Shown here piece after piece: positions 8,473 to 17,993 of a stretch of DNA of 64,000 bases (positions are counted from its first letter, which is position 1; each line of letters opens with the position of its first letter). The notes under the pieces are model-generated. The model was not told the origin of the DNA and did not search any database. It saw nothing but the letters and a program-made list of their open reading frames with translations. The translations under genes and the position numbers were made by a program. Source of the stretch: a virus; IMG/VR virus record IMGVR_UViG_3300031417_000416; one strand, written 5' to 3'.

Positions 8473-9147
8473 ATGATGAAGGATGACAGGATAAGGATCG
8501 AGCTCGAGCTGCTGATGCCCGCCAGCGCGGCACGTCCGATCGCGGACGGCATGACGATCGAGGAGCTTACGGAGGCCGTGCGCGGGGCAGGGAGGACGAT
8601 GGGAAGGATTCGCGTGATCTCGACCGAAGCGGTCGAGGGAGACGACGCGGCAATCCAGGTTTCGAAGAGCGGAGTCGACATAGCGCCCTTCGTGGATAGA
8701 CCCGAGACATTCGAGGTGCTTGGCATGGTGCGCCCGGCGAGCATCGTCCAGCCCGAGGAGCACTATGCCACGGTCCCCATCGTGAGCGCGAATCGGACAG
8801 ACGCCGGATGGATCGGTCGATGGGGGTTCAGCGGCGGCGCCGTCACCGCGACGCCCGACGCCCACCCGACCCGGGAGGACGCGGTGACTGACGCGACGAG
8901 GCGTGCCAGGGCGTCCATCGATCCGGAAGCGGAGGCCGACGAGTTCGACGGGCAGGCACACGTCGACGCGTTCGACCTCTCGATTCACTACGGCGCACTG
9001 TTCATCGACGACGAGAACCGCTGGCGCGGTCGCTGGTACCGCGGCGAGTGGACCGGAGAGGGGGCCTATACTGAGGCCCTGTACGATACGCCGGGACAGG
9101 CGCGTCGTGCTGCGCACAGGCTGCGTGCGACCGGCGACGAGTCGTGA
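8473..9147 (+). CDS. hypothetical protein
   Basis: GAGGAGGAG RBS; coupled to next ORF. Confidence 0.65.
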   Translation: MMKDDRIRIELELLMPASAARPIADGMTIEELTEAVRGAGRTMGRIRVISTEAVEGDDAAIQVSKSGVDIAPFVDRPETFEVLGMVRPASIVQPEEHYATVPIVSANRTDAGWIGRWGFSGGAVTATPDAHPTREDAVTDATRRARASIDPEAEADEFDGQAHVDAFDLSIHYGALFIDDENRWRGRWYRGEWTGEGAYTEALYDTPGQARRAAHRLRATGDES

Positions 9148-9869
9148 CCGCCGCCCCGGCGACGGGGCGGCCAAAGGTCTTCGCGATCCACGGAGAGGAG
9201 GCCCTGACGCTTCCCGCCGACATCGCCCGACGCCCGGGCTGGCGCGAGTGGACGTCCGGTCACGACGTTCGCCTCTGGCATCATGCGACCGATGTCGACG
9301 AGCCCTTCTGCATCTTCGCGCGTCAGGACGAGGCTTCGATAGGCTTCCACTTCGGCACCCATGCAGCCGCTTCCGAGCGTCACCGCATCATGTTCCGGAT
9401 GGCGGACCCCGACGATCGGCCTGGCTGCGGACTGATGCTGTCGGCGCTCGTCAGGACGGCGAGACCGCTGCGACTGCGCGACAGGCACTGCTGGGACATG
9501 GATCAGGTAACTTCGGATCTCGTGGAGATCGAACTGATCGACGAAAGTCTCGAGGACGAGATCCTGGGCTCGGCCGACACCCAGGCGATATTCGCCGCCA
9601 TCGAGCGGGGCGGGTACGACGCCGTGCTGTACGCCAACGAGACCGAAGGCTGCCACGATGGGGGCCAGGACAGCATAATGGTCTGGCGCGCGGCACAGAT
9701 ACGCTCCGTTCACGCCACCGGTTTCGAAATCGACGACCCCAGGCTATGCCCGAGCTTGAGTCCGACCCCAGAAGAGTGGCAATGGTGGGAGGAGAACGAA
9801 AGGGGAATCGACCAATGGCTACGACAGTTCGGGGAGTTTCCGGATCGACGACGATGCCTTCGCGCATGA
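9144..9869 (+). CDS. ADP-ribosyltransferase-like (ART-PolyVal-like) protein
   Basis: WHHAT...F..F...IGFHFGT..AA, RPLRL, GYDAVLY.NETE and AQIRSVH.TGF.IDDP pattern. Confidence 0.55.
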   Translation: MTAAPATGRPKVFAIHGEEALTLPADIARRPGWREWTSGHDVRLWHHATDVDEPFCIFARQDEASIGFHFGTHAAASERHRIMFRMADPDDRPGCGLMLSALVRTARPLRLRDRHCWDMDQVTSDLVEIELIDESLEDEILGSADTQAIFAAIERGGYDAVLYANETEGCHDGGQDSIMVWRAAQIRSVHATGFEIDDPRLCPSLSPTPEEWQWWEENERGIDQWLRQFGEFPDRRRCLRA

Positions 9870-11641
9870 CTGCGACGGACAGGATCCGGATATACGCGTC
9901 CGACGTACGCGTCTTCTCCAAGGCGGACGCGGTGCGCCGCCTGGGCGAGGAGACGGCGCGAGCCATCCAGCCGATGGTCGCGCGCGGCGAGCTGGCGAAC
10001 CCCGCGACCGGCATCTACACGTCTCCCGGCGTGCTGGCGGACGACCCCAGGGTACTGACCAAGATCGAGCAGACCGGCGCCAAGCCGGTCAACCGCAAGA
10101 CCGTCGAGGCGCGGGCGCGGAGGATCGAGGAGCAGGCCGCCAAGCGGATCGCGAAGGACGCGGCCAAGGAGAGCACCGTCGATCTGGTACGGAAGTTCTT
10201 CGTGCGACAGGATGTGGCGCTGGTAAGCGAGCTGCGCCGCAAGATCGGCCCCAACGTCTCCTCAGGCCTCGACTCCCTCGTGAAGGAGGGATTCGTCCGG
10301 CGGATCGAGAACGGTCTCTACGCGCGTCCCGGCGTGGATCCGCTCGGGCCGGTCATGAAGGCCTACATCGAGAAGAACAGCATCGAGCTCGCGACCATCA
10401 AGCGCGAGATCGACGAGGCGAGGCGCAACCTGCCGGCCGATGCTACCTTCGCGCATTCCGACATCGACTACAGCGTATACGAACCCGAGAGCGAGGACGG
10501 CAGGCCCGCGCGCACCAGGGTGTACGTCAACATTCCCGGGTACCCGGCCATCTACGCGTCGAGCGGGACCGGCGGTGCGCCGGTGTGGGGCGGGTCGCGG
10601 GACAGCGGTCTGAGCCGACATGCTGCGGACCATCTCGCGCGCATGGTCTTCGAGCCGATGCCCGAGACCTATGCCGCGCTCGTTCGGATCGTCAGGGAGG
10701 AGCGTGCGCCCCGCCACGTGCGTCGGCGCAGCGGCGGCCACGACGTCGACGACAGCTGGCGCTCGAGGCCCGAAGAGACGGCGCGAAGCCAAAGGTCGGA
10801 CGATCGTCCTGCGGAACCCGTCAGGAGCAGGACGCAGGAGACGCCTCGCCACGACCGGGTGGACGAGCCGCGTAGGGACCAGACCGACGCGCGCCCCAGA
10901 CAGCGCGAGGAGCAGCGCTTCGGCCAGAAGGGTCCCTACGGGACACAGGATACCGACCGTCTCCACCCCGACCGCCTGTCGACGCCGCTGCCCGAGACCG
11001 TGACGCTGGAAATCGACGACCGGGAGAGCGACTGGCTCATCACCCGCCTGACGGGCGTGGAGAACCTGCACGTCATCAGGACGCGTCTCCCCGTCGGCGA
11101 TTTCCGCGCGCGACACGGCGACCGCGAGCTGCTGTTCGAACGCAAGACATCCGCCGACCTGGTGGCGTCCCTGCAGGACGGACGCATGACGACGCAGGTC
11201 CGCGCGCTGAGCGAACTCGGATCTCCGTGCTGCTTCGTCGTCGAGGGCGGCGTGTTCGGCAACAGGGGTCTTCCGATCACCAAGCTGGCGGCGATGCAGA
11301 GTCGTCTGATGTTCGGCATGCGCATGCCTATCGTCGAGACCATCGACCAGTCACATACCGCCTATGCGATGGTAACCGCCATCCGGGACCACTTCTTCGG
11401 CGTCGGCGACAAGTTCGATCTGGAACCAGTCCGCCTCAAGGGGGCCGGCCCCGTCGAGATCGCCAAGGTCATGCTCGAGACGATTCCCGGCATCTCGCCC
11501 ACCCGGTCGACCGCGCTCCTGAAGCGCTTCGGCTCGCTCGCGGGCATCACCCGCGCCACCGTCGAGCGGATCGCGGAGATCGACGGCATCGGCAAGAAGA
11601 CCGCCGAGAAACTGCACGAGGTACTCCGCGCCGGCGCATGA
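9866..11641 (+). CDS. ERCC4/XPF-family nuclease + (HhH)2 with two N-terminal wHTH-like repeats
   Basis: IDDRE, VGDF, LFERKTSADLVASLQDGRMTTQ intact; HhH pair LETIPGI..RFGSL..IDGIG; ATGA overlap supports start 9866. Confidence 0.85.
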   Translation: MTATDRIRIYASDVRVFSKADAVRRLGEETARAIQPMVARGELANPATGIYTSPGVLADDPRVLTKIEQTGAKPVNRKTVEARARRIEEQAAKRIAKDAAKESTVDLVRKFFVRQDVALVSELRRKIGPNVSSGLDSLVKEGFVRRIENGLYARPGVDPLGPVMKAYIEKNSIELATIKREIDEARRNLPADATFAHSDIDYSVYEPESEDGRPARTRVYVNIPGYPAIYASSGTGGAPVWGGSRDSGLSRHAADHLARMVFEPMPETYAALVRIVREERAPRHVRRRSGGHDVDDSWRSRPEETARSQRSDDRPAEPVRSRTQETPRHDRVDEPRRDQTDARPRQREEQRFGQKGPYGTQDTDRLHPDRLSTPLPETVTLEIDDRESDWLITRLTGVENLHVIRTRLPVGDFRARHGDRELLFERKTSADLVASLQDGRMTTQVRALSELGSPCCFVVEGGVFGNRGLPITKLAAMQSRLMFGMRMPIVETIDQSHTAYAMVTAIRDHFFGVGDKFDLEPVRLKGAGPVEIAKVMLETIPGISPTRSTALLKRFGSLAGITRATVERIAEIDGIGKKTAEKLHEVLRAGA

Positions 11642-11643
11642 GT

Positions 11644-11672
11644 TTGCGCACGTTCAACCCCCATCCTAGAAG
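11644..11672 (+). promoter_or_regulatory. recurrent promoter-like motif
   Basis: TTGCG-N13-CATCCTAGAAG just upstream of rnhB. Confidence 0.4.
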
Positions 11673-11678
11673 GTCGAC

Positions 11679-12329
11679 ATGGCAAGAGCGCTAAAGCACA
11701 TGGACTACGACCCTTCCATTCCCTGCTGCAGGGGCATGGACGAGATCGTGGCTGGAATAGACGAAGTGGGCCGCGGCTGTCTCGCCGGCCCCGTATACGC
11801 CGCGGCGGTGGCCTTCCGTACGCGCGATCTCCCTATCGGCCTGAACGATTCCAAGAAGCTCTCCGCCAAGCGGCGCGAGGCGCTGTACCCCCAGATCGTC
11901 GCGTGCGCCCACGTCGGCATCGGCTTCGCCACGGTCGAGGAGATCGATCGCCTCAACATACTGGAGGCGACGCACCTCGCCATGCGGCGCGCCTTCGGAA
12001 ACCTGCCTCTGCGCCCTCTCACGGTCCTGATCGACGGACCGGCGGATCCCGGCATAGGAGCGCGGGGCTACCGCGTGATCAATCACGACGGCCTGGACGG
12101 AGCCTGTCCCACGGTCGCCGCCGCCTCGATCGTCGCCAAGACGGTGCGCGATGCGATGATGACCGACCTGTCCCTAATCCATCCTCAGTACGACTGGGGT
12201 TCGAACAAGGGCTACGGCACGAAGAAGCACTACGCGGGACTGGAGTCTCACGGATTCACCGACCACCATCGGCGCAGCTTCTCGCCGATCAAGGAAATGG
12301 CGAGGGCTGCGGCCCGAAAAGGGAACTGA
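11679..12329 (+). CDS. rnhB: ribonuclease HII
   Basis: AGIDEVGRGCLAGPV, LNDSKKLS, VAAASIVAKTVRD, NKGYGTKKH, HRRSF. Confidence 0.95.
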   Translation: MARALKHMDYDPSIPCCRGMDEIVAGIDEVGRGCLAGPVYAAAVAFRTRDLPIGLNDSKKLSAKRREALYPQIVACAHVGIGFATVEEIDRLNILEATHLAMRRAFGNLPLRPLTVLIDGPADPGIGARGYRVINHDGLDGACPTVAAASIVAKTVRDAMMTDLSLIHPQYDWGSNKGYGTKKHYAGLESHGFTDHHRRSFSPIKEMARAAARKGN

Positions 12330-12336
12330 GGGTAAA

Positions 12337-12987
12337 ATGCACGACAAGATCATAGCCCGTCGCCACAACTCCTACAGGCTTCGCGCCGGTACCGTGACCG
12401 ATGTCGACCAGGGCAAGGGCCCCCTTCTGCAGGCGGGCATCGGACCGGCCAAGATGGAGAAGGTGACGATGGAATGGGACGGCGGCGACGTCGGCGAGAT
12501 CGTCAGGCGCTTCCCGATCGAGGTCCAGCCTGGCCAGCGCCTCTACGCGCTGACGGTCGAGAGCGGCGTCAGCGTCCACCCGGACCGGCCCATATTCGTG
12601 TTCAACGCCGCCAACGGCCATCAGCACCGCGAGATCAACGCGCCGTCCGTGCGTTCGCGCGGCCGGCTGTTCGCGGACCGGCTGCCGCTCGTGCTCGCCG
12701 CGGTGGTCGTCGGCGCCTTCATGTCGATCTACGCCACCTATTCCGGCGCCGTCTACGGAGATATCGTCATGGGACTGGGCATCGCCCTGGTGGGGCTGCT
12801 GATCGGATGGGGCGTGCTGATGACATACGACATGCGACAGAATGGCCACCGCGCAGAGCGTCTGGAGGACGAGCAGGCTGCGGCGCTCGAGGCCGTCGAG
12901 GCGCTCAACGTGGATATCCGCGACAGGATCGCGGTCCGGCAGGCGGAGCAGGCGGAACGCACGGAACAAGAGGACGCCCGAAGCTGA
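12337..12987 (+). CDS. two-TM membrane hypothetical protein
   Basis: Two hydrophobic helices followed by a coiled-coil tail. Confidence 0.65.
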   Translation: MHDKIIARRHNSYRLRAGTVTDVDQGKGPLLQAGIGPAKMEKVTMEWDGGDVGEIVRRFPIEVQPGQRLYALTVESGVSVHPDRPIFVFNAANGHQHREINAPSVRSRGRLFADRLPLVLAAVVVGAFMSIYATYSGAVYGDIVMGLGIALVGLLIGWGVLMTYDMRQNGHRAERLEDEQAAALEAVEALNVDIRDRIAVRQAEQAERTEQEDARS

Positions 12988-13589
12988 TGGCGGGCGCGGT
13001 CATAGCTGCTGAGGGCGTCGTCTTCCGATGCTCCAGCATGAGCGAGCCCGGCGTCCACCACTACATCTCGGTACCCCTCGACGGAAACGTCGAATGCTCG
13101 TGCAACGGCGTGGGGTGGTGCTCGCACATCGACGCCACCCTGGTCGCAGGAGAGCGTCACATGGTGCCTCCGGACGACTGGCGTGCCGCCAATCTCGCCT
13201 GCGTCATAGCAAGAGGAAAGATCGGCCCCACCGAGGACTGGAAGGCGACATGGCGCGATAACCGGCGCTGGCGCGGCCTGCCGACCGTACGGAGCGCCGC
13301 CGCGCTACGGGCGCTCCAGCATCGCAAGCCACTCGTCGCGTTCACGGGCAAGGGAGCGCGACGGACCAATCTGGAGTACATGTCCACAGAGCATGGCTGG
13401 GAGGTCACCGGAACCCTGGTGGAGGGGTGTGCCTATCTCGTGGTGCCGGATGCCGAGGCTCAGGGAGGCTCCGTAGACACGGCTCAGCGGCGCGGGGTGC
13501 CCGTCGTCACGTACGACGACTGGGAGGCGATCTCGGCCGATACCTGCCTCATCCTCGCATCGGCCATGAGGGGCGACGAGGGGAGGTAA
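12987..13589 (+). CDS. SWIM zinc finger + BRCT domain protein
   Basis: ECSCNGVGWCSH (CxC..CxH); VAFTGKGARR..YLVVP..TAQRRGVPVVTYDDW resembles the NAD-ligase-type BRCT; TGATG coupling. Confidence 0.65.
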   Translation: MAGAVIAAEGVVFRCSSMSEPGVHHYISVPLDGNVECSCNGVGWCSHIDATLVAGERHMVPPDDWRAANLACVIARGKIGPTEDWKATWRDNRRWRGLPTVRSAAALRALQHRKPLVAFTGKGARRTNLEYMSTEHGWEVTGTLVEGCAYLVVPDAEAQGGSVDTAQRRGVPVVTYDDWEAISADTCLILASAMRGDEGR

Positions 13590-13606
13590 GGATTTTCCGA
13601 AAACTG

Positions 13607-13634
13607 TTGCCTGACATGGGTCTCATCCTATAAC
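13607..13634 (+). promoter_or_regulatory. recurrent promoter motif upstream of virD4
   Basis: TTGCC-N15-CCTATAAC (CATCCTATAAC). Confidence 0.6.
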
Positions 13635-13664
13635 CGTATTCCGAACAGGACACGGGACGGGACC

Positions 13665-15770
13665 ATGGCTGACAATATCCCCACGCATCATTCATCCGAG
13701 AAGAACAAGGGCATGCTGGTCGTGGCCGGGGGTGTCGCGGCCTCGCTGCCGCTGATCCTGACGACGGTCCAGTTCGGGCCGCTGGTCGGACTTCTCTCGG
13801 GAAGCGACTTCAATGCCGAGACGTGGGACAAGGTCGGCAACTACATGGGCGGGCTGTACGATCCGCGCGCGATCGCCAGCTACTACAAGTACTCGTGGAG
13901 CCAGTGGCCGATGGCCACCGCCGCCGGTGGACTGATCAGCATGGCTATCGGCGCGGCGCCGGCGATCGTGGCGGCGGCGGTCAATCCGTTCCGCATGTTC
14001 GACCTCATCCACGGCGACGCCCGGCTTGGCAACAAGCGCGACGTCCGCGAGATGGAAAGGCGGTCACAGGTCGGGATCGTCGGGGCGGACAAGCTGGTTC
14101 TCGGAAACTGGCCGAAAACGACGGATCGCATGGCCCTCATAGAGACGCTCTCGGTGCTGGTTCTGGCCCCTCCCGGCACCGGAAAGACGGCCTCGTTTGT
14201 CGTACCGTCCATCATCGAAACGGACGGATCGAGCTTCATCGTAAACGATCCGAAGCCAGAGCTCTTCGAAGCCTGCTCCGGTCACCGTGCCGAGATCGGC
14301 CACGTCTTCATGATCAACTGGTCCGCGACCGACAAGGTTGATCCCGACCACCTCGACGATCCGACCAAGACGATCTTCTACCCACGCTTCAACGTGCTCT
14401 CGCCGCAGCTGACCCCGCCCGCCGGTACCGCCGAGCGCGACACGTACCTGGACGCGATCGCCAACGTGCTCTCTCCCGGCGGCGACAAGGGCGGAAAGAA
14501 CGACTATTTCGAGCAGAAGGGCCGCGCGGGACTCGTCGGCTTCCTCCACTACATCTGCTCCAAGGTGAACGACGCACGCGACTACGACGGCCTGCCCGAA
14601 TTCTGGCGCGGCAAGGAAGCGTGCATCCCGATGATCGTCGATATGATCAACGAGGGTCTGCGGCGTGCGGCGGCGGAAAACGATCGCAAGAAGGAAGAGG
14701 CAGCCGCCTCGCAGAGCTTCTACCAGGGCGACGCGATGAGCGACTGGCTGAAGGCGATCGTGGGTGAGTGCGAGGAAAAGCAGTACAATCCGCGCGCCTC
14801 GACCGAAATCACCCCGCTCATCTCGATGGCCCCCAACGAGCGGTCGGGTATCCTCGGCACGATGGACAAGGCGTTCATCCCGTTCAAGAACGCCGCCGTC
14901 CGCGAGCGCACCATGTCGTGCGACTTCCTGCCTTCCGACCTGCGCGGCATGCCGGACCCCGAAACGGGCGAGATGAAGCCCGTCACGCTCTTCGTCTGCG
15001 TCAACCAGGCGGAGGCCGCGGCGTTCGCGACGATCACGTCGCTGCTCTACGAGGTGTTCAGCCGCGAGTTCCTCGCGTACGGCCCCAGGCAGGTGAACCG
15101 CAACAACGTCAAGCTCGGACCGTACCCGGTCTGCTTCATGCTCGACGAGTTCGCCAAGCTGCCGCGCATCGAGGCCGTCATGACCGGTCCCGACCTCGGA
15201 CGTTCGAAGGCCACCTACTACTGCCTCGTGGCGCAGTCGGCGGCCCAGATCGGCAAGCTGTACTCCAAGGAGGATCAGGAGATCATCTACGCGACCACAG
15301 CGGTCAAGTACGTGCTCCCCCAGAACGACAAGGACACTGTGCAGCTGATCTGCAGCATGGTAGGCCCCACCACCATTCGGAAGTCGTCGCGGTCCAAGAG
15401 CCGCGGAGGCGACTTCAAGGAATGGGGCAAGTCGAACGAATCGATCGGGCTGGAGAAGGTCGACCTGATCCGTCCGGGAGACATCTCGGGCATGAAGCCC
15501 GGCACGCACATGCTGATCTGTCAGGGCTTCATGAACCGGCCCTTCATCATGGACAGCGTATTCTGGTTCAAGAACAAGGAAATGGCCGCCAAGGTCTACA
15601 ATCCCCGTAACGAGCAGGGTCCCAAGCCCTCTCAGCCGCTGCCGCCCCACATCAGGGCCCGGCGGATCGAGGAGTGGATGAAAAACAACGGCCACTTCCA
15701 GCCCAAGACCGTGGCTCCCCAGCCCAGGCGGAATACCGACCTGGATCCGGACGAGCCAATGGCCGCCTGA
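13665..15770 (+). CDS. virD4: type IV secretion coupling protein, VirD4/TraG family
   Basis: N-terminal TMs, IHGDARLG, Walker A APPGTGKT, VNDPKPEL, Walker B MLDEFAKL, AQSAAQI. Confidence 0.9.
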   Translation: MADNIPTHHSSEKNKGMLVVAGGVAASLPLILTTVQFGPLVGLLSGSDFNAETWDKVGNYMGGLYDPRAIASYYKYSWSQWPMATAAGGLISMAIGAAPAIVAAAVNPFRMFDLIHGDARLGNKRDVREMERRSQVGIVGADKLVLGNWPKTTDRMALIETLSVLVLAPPGTGKTASFVVPSIIETDGSSFIVNDPKPELFEACSGHRAEIGHVFMINWSATDKVDPDHLDDPTKTIFYPRFNVLSPQLTPPAGTAERDTYLDAIANVLSPGGDKGGKNDYFEQKGRAGLVGFLHYICSKVNDARDYDGLPEFWRGKEACIPMIVDMINEGLRRAAAENDRKKEEAAASQSFYQGDAMSDWLKAIVGECEEKQYNPRASTEITPLISMAPNERSGILGTMDKAFIPFKNAAVRERTMSCDFLPSDLRGMPDPETGEMKPVTLFVCVNQAEAAAFATITSLLYEVFSREFLAYGPRQVNRNNVKLGPYPVCFMLDEFAKLPRIEAVMTGPDLGRSKATYYCLVAQSAAQIGKLYSKEDQEIIYATTAVKYVLPQNDKDTVQLICSMVGPTTIRKSSRSKSRGGDFKEWGKSNESIGLEKVDLIRPGDISGMKPGTHMLICQGFMNRPFIMDSVFWFKNKEMAAKVYNPRNEQGPKPSQPLPPHIRARRIEEWMKNNGHFQPKTVAPQPRRNTDLDPDEPMAA

Positions 15771-15820
15771 GGTTCCATCGCCATGATGGGCCTCGGGATC
15801 AACTCTCAAGGAGACTCATC

Positions 15821-17884
15821 ATGGCAAAACCTCCGTCACGGAAGAACGACGACATCTTCGGCGATCTCGACCTCAATGCGACCGCCGCAGATGCACAGAA
15901 GTCCGCCGGTGCCCGGCCCAAGGTCGAGCGCAACAGCGTCGACGTCGCAGCCTGCGACGCCCTGCTGGCAGACCTCAGCGACGAGCAGCGCGAAGCGGCG
16001 CTGTCCGACGCACAGCACGCTCTGCTGATCGCGCCGGCCGGTACCGGCAAGACCCGGACCATCTCCGCCCGCGTGGCGGCCAAGCTGCGCGACGGCGTGC
16101 CAATGGACCGCATCCTGGTGTCGACCTACACCAACAAGGCGGCCCAGGAGCTGATCGACCGGATCTCGCCGATGCTCAAGACCGACGTCCGCGAGGCCTG
16201 GGTCGGCACGCTGCACTCGATCGGCCTGCGCATCCTCAAGGCCGATGCGATCCGCAAGGGGCAGAGCACCGACCGCACGATCATCGACGAGGTCGCCCAG
16301 CGCCAGATCATCGAGCAGGAGCTCGAGAACCACAACCACCCGATGGCCGACGGGGTGGACACCTTCACCCTGGTCCGCAAAATCATGAACTTCATCAAGG
16401 AGGCCAAGAACCAGATGGTCACGCCCGACGTGGCGATGACCACCTACAAACGCGATGGTCTGCGCTGGGCCACCGGCATCGGCGAGGCCGAGATCGCGAT
16501 CTACAAGGCCTATACCGACTATCTGCAGCTCTACGACATGATCGACTATTCGGACATGCTGTACCTGCCGACGCTCCTCCTCGAGCACGACGACGAGTTC
16601 AAGGATACCTGGCGCGGCAAGTTCGACGAGATCATCGTCGACGAGTACCAGGACGTCGCCAAGGCCCAGATCCGGTTCCTGAACAACCTTGTCGGCAACG
16701 ACACCGGCTTCTTCGCGGCGGCCGACGACGACCAGTCTATCTACGGCTGGCGCGGCTCGGAGATCCGCAACGTCACCAAGTTCAAGAACTACTGGCCTGA
16801 CGCGGCGGTGCTGCACCTGGCGTACAACTACCGTACGCCGAGGCCGATCTTCCGGGTCGCGGCCAATCTCATCCTCAAGAACGCGGACCGCTACGACAAG
16901 GACGTGCGCACCCGGCCGGACGAGGACGCGTTCGTGCGTGCGATCGAGTGCAAGGACCGCGCGGACGAGAAGGACCGCATCCTCGAGAACATCCGCTATG
17001 CCCACGAGCAGCTCGAGATCCCGTACGAGCGGATGGCGATCCTGTGCCGGGTCAACAAGGGCTGCGGCACGATCGCGACCCAGCTCGGCGCCGATGGCGT
17101 GCCGATCAACTTGCACGAGGAGCTGCCGCTCCACACGCAGCCGGTCGGCGCTCTCGTGGCGTGGATGCAGGCGGCGGTCGGCATGGACAACCCGCTCAAC
17201 TTCGAGAAGATGGTGCGCTACCCGCAGATCCTCTTCGACGATCAGATGATGAATCAGATCGTGCAGCGGGTGACGGGGTGGAACGAGAAGAACCGGGACC
17301 AGAAGATGGGACCGGTCGGCTTCCTGCGCCGCTATCGCGAGATGAACAAGCTGAAGGACGGCTCGGCGGGTGCCGACCTGCTCGACACGCTGGCCAAGAT
17401 CCGCGGACTCATCCACGACAACCCGACCACCCCCTTCGCGGAGGCCGGTCGGCTGCTCGGGATCCCCGAGATGGTCTCGACGTCGAAGGACCCGGACGAC
17501 CATCTCTACGGCCGGTTCATCTCTCTGGTCGACGCGATCGCCAACGACGCGTCGAACGACAAGAGCGATCCGGTCGAGGTGGTTCGTTCCATCCTCGGCT
17601 CGCTGACGTCGATCGACATGAACGCGGGCAAGACCGGCGTGAACGTCATGACGATCCACAAGGCCAAGGGCCTCGAGTTCGACGTGGTGTTCTCGCCCGC
17701 ATGGGAGGAAGGCGAGTTCCCCTCGCAGCGTCACGGCACCGTGCGCGATCTGGAGGAGGAGCGCCGGCTCGCCTACGTGGCGATCACGCGTGCGCGTCGC
17801 ATCATGATCGTGACCTGGGCCAAGGGTCGGCGTGGTCGCGGTCCATCGCAGTTCCTCCAGGAGATGGGCGTCCTGGATTCGTGA
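15821..17884 (+). CDS. UvrD/PcrA-family SF1A helicase (copy 1)
   Basis: APAGTGKT, VDEYQD, ADDDQSIYGWRG, NYRT, MTIHKAKGLEF, EERRLAYVAITRA. Confidence 0.92.
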   Translation: MAKPPSRKNDDIFGDLDLNATAADAQKSAGARPKVERNSVDVAACDALLADLSDEQREAALSDAQHALLIAPAGTGKTRTISARVAAKLRDGVPMDRILVSTYTNKAAQELIDRISPMLKTDVREAWVGTLHSIGLRILKADAIRKGQSTDRTIIDEVAQRQIIEQELENHNHPMADGVDTFTLVRKIMNFIKEAKNQMVTPDVAMTTYKRDGLRWATGIGEAEIAIYKAYTDYLQLYDMIDYSDMLYLPTLLLEHDDEFKDTWRGKFDEIIVDEYQDVAKAQIRFLNNLVGNDTGFFAAADDDQSIYGWRGSEIRNVTKFKNYWPDAAVLHLAYNYRTPRPIFRVAANLILKNADRYDKDVRTRPDEDAFVRAIECKDRADEKDRILENIRYAHEQLEIPYERMAILCRVNKGCGTIATQLGADGVPINLHEELPLHTQPVGALVAWMQAAVGMDNPLNFEKMVRYPQILFDDQMMNQIVQRVTGWNEKNRDQKMGPVGFLRRYREMNKLKDGSAGADLLDTLAKIRGLIHDNPTTPFAEAGRLLGIPEMVSTSKDPDDHLYGRFISLVDAIANDASNDKSDPVEVVRSILGSLTSIDMNAGKTGVNVMTIHKAKGLEFDVVFSPAWEEGEFPSQRHGTVRDLEEERRLAYVAITRARRIMIVTWAKGRRGRGPSQFLQEMGVLDS

Positions 17885-17889
17885 CGCAG

Positions 17890-17921
17890 AAAGGGCGGCC
17901 TCCTCGCGGAAGCCGCCCTTT
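17890..17921. terminator. bidirectional hairpin between convergent genes
   Basis: AAAGGGCGGC..GCCGCCCTTT 10-bp inverted repeat. Confidence 0.65.
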
Positions 17922-17993
17922 ACCGGCGAAGTGCCCCAGACGAGATGAAGGGCGCTCGCGCGCCCTCCATCCCAGATGGGACCACCTCCTCTC

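Noticed and set aside
8903-9865. N-terminal ~320 aa of the 912-aa ORF 8903-11641
   Set aside because: It overlaps two better ORFs, is Arg/Pro-rich off-frame sequence, and the ATGA coupling points to start 9866
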